Shown: in pieces, positions 60,002-64,000 of the stretch
Position numbering within the stretch: position 1 is the stretch's first letter
Layout of the letters: each line of letters opens with the position of its first letter
From: an uncultured archaeon
GTDB taxonomy: Archaea > Asgardarchaeota > Lokiarchaeia > Sigyniarchaeales > SOKP01
Length of the DNA stretch: 64,000 nucleotides
Assembly: GCA_964388035.1 (NCBI GenBank)
Contig: CAYLZE010000006.1
Location: 1-64,000, forward strand
Reading direction: 5' to 3'
Translations under genes and position numbers: made by a program
Notes under the pieces: generated by a model
Database searches by the model: none
What the model saw: the letters and a program-made list of their open reading frames with translations, nothing else
Told to the model about the DNA's origin: nothing

Positions 60002-61924
60002 GTGGTTAATAAGGAACTAAAGCAAGTTATAGACGATTTAATAGAGACGGTTAAGGAAAAACCAGAAAGATTTAGGGAAGAGAAAGAGTTATTTTTAGAA
60101 ATTTTAAAGCAAAAGGGAGATCTATTCAAGTTATTTAAAAAGGAGATTCGTTCGAAATGGCACCAGTTTAATATAAAAAATCATGATAGAGTAATATCAA
60201 AATCTTATACATCCTTTTTTCTACTGAATTTGCATGATTTATACATGCAATATTTACAAAGCTTTTATGGCTTTGATTCTAAATCAATAGAGCTCATCTC
60301 CACGGAAAAAATCTCAGATACAGATTTATACATGGAATATAAATATTTCATATCTTCAGAAGATGAAAAAATTTATAAAGAAGCATTAGAAGGTCTTAAA
60401 GATAAGATATATGGAATATCTTACCCCTTTGGATTATTATTTTTTGCGACATCAATATTTGGAATCATCATTAGAAATCAAATTAAAAAAAACATGTTTA
60501 TAATTTTGGAAGCAACGGTTTTAAAAAAAAAAGAAGAACGAAATTATATTCATTTCTTAATTTTAGTAAGGGATTCCCGTGATGAACAATTTAGAAATTA
60601 TTTTTATAAAGATCTCTACTATTTTCTAAGACCTTTTCGAGGAGTTCCCGAGAAATTTTACGAGAAGTTACTTGTGGGAAGGGAGAGATTATATCAACTG
60701 GCATTAAGAGAATATCCTCTCGCCAAAGAGAAGTTGATTGATTTATTTTATTACTTTTATAAGAAATGCACCCTTCTTCAAAGCATTAGCCCCTTATTGG
60801 ATTTCTTAAACTTTGTATGTGCACGTGTTGAAGATTCCGTATTTTCGAAGATTGAAGTTATTAGAAAGAATTTATTAAACAATCTTAACTATACACCGGA
60901 AGAAAAGAATGCCATTATACGGATATTTAACTTTATTGATAAAGAAAGTACCCTATATAGTACTTTTCAAGCAAATAATTTACCGTCAGAAAAATCTCAA
61001 TTAAATTTATTCTTGCTCTATATGAAATACTATTTTAGTTCAGGACTAGAAAGCTTAGAAGTAGGAGAACTTTTATTCTTTCCTACTATCTTTAAAGAAA
61101 AATTGAATGTAATCAATAAAAATAGAACACATGCTACTCTTGATTCAAATTCTATTAAAAATATTAACAATTTCATGAATTATTTTTCACGATTATCTGA
61201 AAATGAATATGAAGGCAACATTATTTTCTTTAAAATCTTTCATGCTAATGTTTTTAATTTGAATAATGATTTATTAAAAGCCTTCTTAACGAGCTTTAAT
61301 AAGAAAGTTCTAACTCTTATTGATCGAGAAAATGATGAATTATCCGACGTGATTGAAAGTAATAAGTTTACTTTTGAGAGAATTATTGGCGATTTCTGCC
61401 GGATATTATATGTATTGATCGAAAAAATATTCATTAAAACTACTCCTGATGAGGCCTCTAATAATTTCATAGATCCTCGCAGTCGTTATATTGGAAGGAA
61501 TATTGCATTGAGGGTCTTAGAATTATTCTTTTTTCAATCCTTAAATATATCGGATGATCTCTGGCCAGATTACCTCATAAGTTTAAATAGGCAAAATATT
61601 TTAGAAGAATTGAAGGAAAAGGTCTCCATCCCAGAAAAATATTTTTACAATATCAATGAACTGACGAATTTAATGTTATTTCACAGTCTACAGTCTTTTA
61701 TCAAACCCAAATATTTTGAGGACCAACTTATTGATGATGTTATTGTTCCCCTTAATGATTTTCTTTTAAAAATTCATAAGTCTGTCGAAGATCCTTCTAA
61801 TACAATAGAAGTATATGAAAAATTATTAGCTTTTTTTTTGGATGGTACCCCCAATAAGAAGATGATTAAGAGAATGGAATCTGCATGTCAAGTCATGGCT
61901 CCTTTTTGGAAAATCATGGAATAA
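60002..61924 (+). CDS. hypothetical protein (640 aa)
   Basis: Long ORF with GTG start, helical character, no recognised motif. Confidence 0.75.
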   Translation: MVNKELKQVIDDLIETVKEKPERFREEKELFLEILKQKGDLFKLFKKEIRSKWHQFNIKNHDRVISKSYTSFFLLNLHDLYMQYLQSFYGFDSKSIELISTEKISDTDLYMEYKYFISSEDEKIYKEALEGLKDKIYGISYPFGLLFFATSIFGIIIRNQIKKNMFIILEATVLKKKEERNYIHFLILVRDSRDEQFRNYFYKDLYYFLRPFRGVPEKFYEKLLVGRERLYQLALREYPLAKEKLIDLFYYFYKKCTLLQSISPLLDFLNFVCARVEDSVFSKIEVIRKNLLNNLNYTPEEKNAIIRIFNFIDKESTLYSTFQANNLPSEKSQLNLFLLYMKYYFSSGLESLEVGELLFFPTIFKEKLNVINKNRTHATLDSNSIKNINNFMNYFSRLSENEYEGNIIFFKIFHANVFNLNNDLLKAFLTSFNKKVLTLIDRENDELSDVIESNKFTFERIIGDFCRILYVLIEKIFIKTTPDEASNNFIDPRSRYIGRNIALRVLELFFFQSLNISDDLWPDYLISLNRQNILEELKEKVSIPEKYFYNINELTNLMLFHSLQSFIKPKYFEDQLIDDVIVPLNDFLLKIHKSVEDPSNTIEVYEKLLAFFLDGTPNKKMIKRMESACQVMAPFWKIME

Positions 61925-61930
61925 TAATGC

Positions 61931-62437
61931 TTAGGGAAGGTTAAAAATCTTAAGGAATTCTTTAAATTCTTTCTCAATATCAATACAAGACAAATTTCCT
62001 CTTAATTGTATAGGTCCAGTACTTTTATTGCAGATGATACCCGAAATCATTAGAACATTGTCTGTTAATTGTTCATCAACTTGAGATGGATTTTCCACGC
62101 ATAATACCGTAGGATAATTTAAATTTCTAAATCCTTCGGTCACGCACATATCAACTTTAAAAGGAGCTGTTTCCATCCAATTTAATAGGTTTGTAAGGGA
62201 GAGTTCTTTTTTTATGAAAATTGCAGTTTCATTGTAAACGTTTTTTGTGATAGCGAGGAGAGCTCCATTTTCAGAATAGCGAAAAGTATCCTTTCCTTCT
62301 TTATCAATCTGATGTTCATGAATATTTTTAATAATAACTAAGTTATAATCGAAATATAGATCCATTAATTTAATTAAATTAATAATTTGATGTGTTTTAC
62401 CACTTCCCGAATAACCAATGAAACTCAATATTTTCAT
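61931..62437 (-). CDS. mobB: molybdopterin-guanine dinucleotide biosynthesis protein MobB
   Basis: IGYSGSGKT, IK..H..IDKEGKDT.R, TEGF. Confidence 0.88.
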   Translation of the reverse strand: MKILSFIGYSGSGKTHQIINLIKLMDLYFDYNLVIIKNIHEHQIDKEGKDTFRYSENGALLAITKNVYNETAIFIKKELSLTNLLNWMETAPFKVDMCVTEGFRNLNYPTVLCVENPSQVDEQLTDNVLMISGIICNKSTGPIQLRGNLSCIDIEKEFKEFLKIFNLP

Positions 62438-62656
62438 TTAAACCCCTTTATTTTATGGGTAAATAAAACGATATATTGCAAATGCATTTTTTTTATTTGA
62501 AATTATCTAACTATTAACCGATAGAATTGTAAATAGTCATAATTATTGAAGCTCAATTTAATATAAAATGAAATATGAAACAAATATATATATGACTTGG
62601 TTTTTTTCTTTAAACTTAGTTTATTTAAAAATTTATTTCTAATTTAAAAAAATAAC

Positions 62657-64000
62657 ATGACAGGAGAAAAGCAAAAGATAGTATTTGACGCCAATTTCTT
62701 CATTTGCATGAATTCAATCCATGCAAAAGATTTTCTGGATAATTTAGGAAAAGCAGGATTTGAATTGGGCTATGAATATTATATATCAGAGATGGTGTTT
62801 GAAGAGATTAAAGCACCCCAAAATTTTAGGGAAAAATTTAAAGAAGTAGTAAATGTTAAAAAAATTGAAGCTAATCAAATTGACGAAATAAAGTCGAATT
62901 TAAAATCTTTCAACATACGATTTCCCGCTCAAGACCCCGATCTAAGTCTTGTTGCATTAGCAAATATTCTATTGAGTGAAGGTAATAACTCTAATGTACA
63001 TTTAGTTAGCGATGATTTTAAACTTGTAAAAAATACAAACCTACTTTACCGAGGAAAAATAAATATTCTTTCCCTATCCAGTTTCCTCTTAAAAGTTCAG
63101 AGATCCACGACTAAAAAAGTAAGACGGAATTATTTTGAGAATATTTGGAAGAAAAGCTTAAATTATACCTTGTCTTACATGATAGAACGCTCTAAAATAT
63201 ACCCTGCGGAGGAGAAAATACAATGGTTAATCGAGCGAGCTGTAGCGGTAACTGAAGATTCTATTGTCACGAAAGATGCACAATTATCATCCAATAAGAC
63301 GATGGAATTTAGAATAGGAGGGAAGAAATATTCAGAGCAAATTGCAATTGCAGAAAAATATATTGAAAACCAAAATCTTCCGGCAAGCGATGAAGTACTC
63401 GTTCAAAATATAATTACATTCCTCGAAAATTTGAAAATATCAAGAGAATACGTGAAGAGAGCCAGGGATGCCATTATTAAAAATGAGGCAAAAGAGGCGG
63501 TAAAATTCTTGAAAAAAGGAAATGGATTCTTGATTTCGCTGTTGCAATTAGCATCTGGGCGTCTACAAAAAGCTAATGATTATGAAATTGTGGAGCAATT
63601 AATTTGCATGGAAATTTCAAAAATGGAATTTTTACATTCATTTCTATTAATCTCTTTAGGAAGGGTAAGTACTTCAATAGATTCCTTAGAGCGTGCCGCA
63701 TTATTCTCAACCATAATTCATAATTATGAAACATGTCTTACCCTGAATTATTTGAAAGCTCTGATTCTCCTTTTTCATTCTTTTTATAATGAGGCAATTA
63801 AACAATATAACTTTACGGAAGAATTATCCGAAATATACTCAGACGATAAATTAAAGTTGAAATGCTTGATTGGAAAAGCTATCGCTTTATATCTGCAAGG
63901 TGGAGAAAATGGGAATGATACAAGGGCTGCAATGGCAATCATGGAAGACATTTCTAACATGGACCTCGATAATGATTTTATTGACGCCATCATTGTTTTT
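62657..64000 (+). CDS. 3'-truncated PIN-domain protein with TPR-like helical region, not in ORF track
   Basis: ATG 62657 reads MTGEKQKIVFDANF...ISEMVFEEI...DPDLSLVALA...LVSDDFKL (PIN acidic residues); the frame is open to the window end. Confidence 0.8.
   Translation, partial: MTGEKQKIVFDANFFICMNSIHAKDFLDNLGKAGFELGYEYYISEMVFEEIKAPQNFREKFKEVVNVKKIEANQIDEIKSNLKSFNIRFPAQDPDLSLVALANILLSEGNNSNVHLVSDDFKLVKNTNLLYRGKINILSLSSFLLKVQRSTTKKVRRNYFENIWKKSLNYTLSYMIERSKIYPAEEKIQWLIERAVAVTEDSIVTKDAQLSSNKTMEFRIGGKKYSEQIAIAEKYIENQNLPASDEVLVQNIITFLENLKISREYVKRARDAIIKNEAKEAVKFLKKGNGFLISLLQLASGRLQKANDYEIVEQLICMEISKMEFLHSFLLISLGRVSTSIDSLERAALFSTIIHNYETCLTLNYLKALILLFHSFYNEAIKQYNFTEELSEIYSDDKLKLKCLIGKAIALYLQGGENGNDTRAAMAIMEDISNMDLDNDFIDAIIVF

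Noticed and set aside
1-64000. Selenoprotein genes with in-frame TGA
   Set aside because: The TGA-ending ORFs I checked (861, 3289, 58643) hit another stop within a few codons and show no redox motif; the check was by eye and not exhaustive
1-64000. CRISPR array, rRNA, integrase or provirus at the tRNA genes
   Set aside because: No regularly spaced repeats, rRNA-like segment, integrase, or duplicated tRNA 3' end seen

Overview
AT-rich archaeal chromosomal window, most consistent with an Asgard archaeon of the Lokiarchaeia. This is inferred from archaeal ribosomal proteins together with ribophorin I, an OSTC/OST3-like protein, roadblock proteins and Sec machinery. It contains: (1) a selenocysteine locus, with a tRNA-Sec (UCA, 9/4 fold) interrupted by two bulge-helix-bulge introns (D-arm and T-loop) directly upstream of SepSecS; (2) an 18-gene ribosomal cluster from uS19 to uL15 (17 r-proteins plus Rpp29), including uS14 missed by the ORF track and a uS3 whose conserved N-terminus has no canonical start codon; (3) housekeeping and metabolic genes (ribokinase, FBPase I, Trm1, RlmE, GcvH, MptE, MetAP2, MobB, a TFEbeta/RPC34-like protein, two RadA paralogues); (4) a ~460-bp degenerate direct duplication bracketing an inserted membrane-protein gene; (5) a translocon/N-glycosylation neighbourhood (GPT/AglH, ribophorin I, Sec61beta, glycosyltransferases) with an atypical tRNA-Gln. 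I found no CRISPR array, IS element, rRNA or convincing selenoprotein/SECIS. All protein calls come from motif recognition by eye, not database searches.
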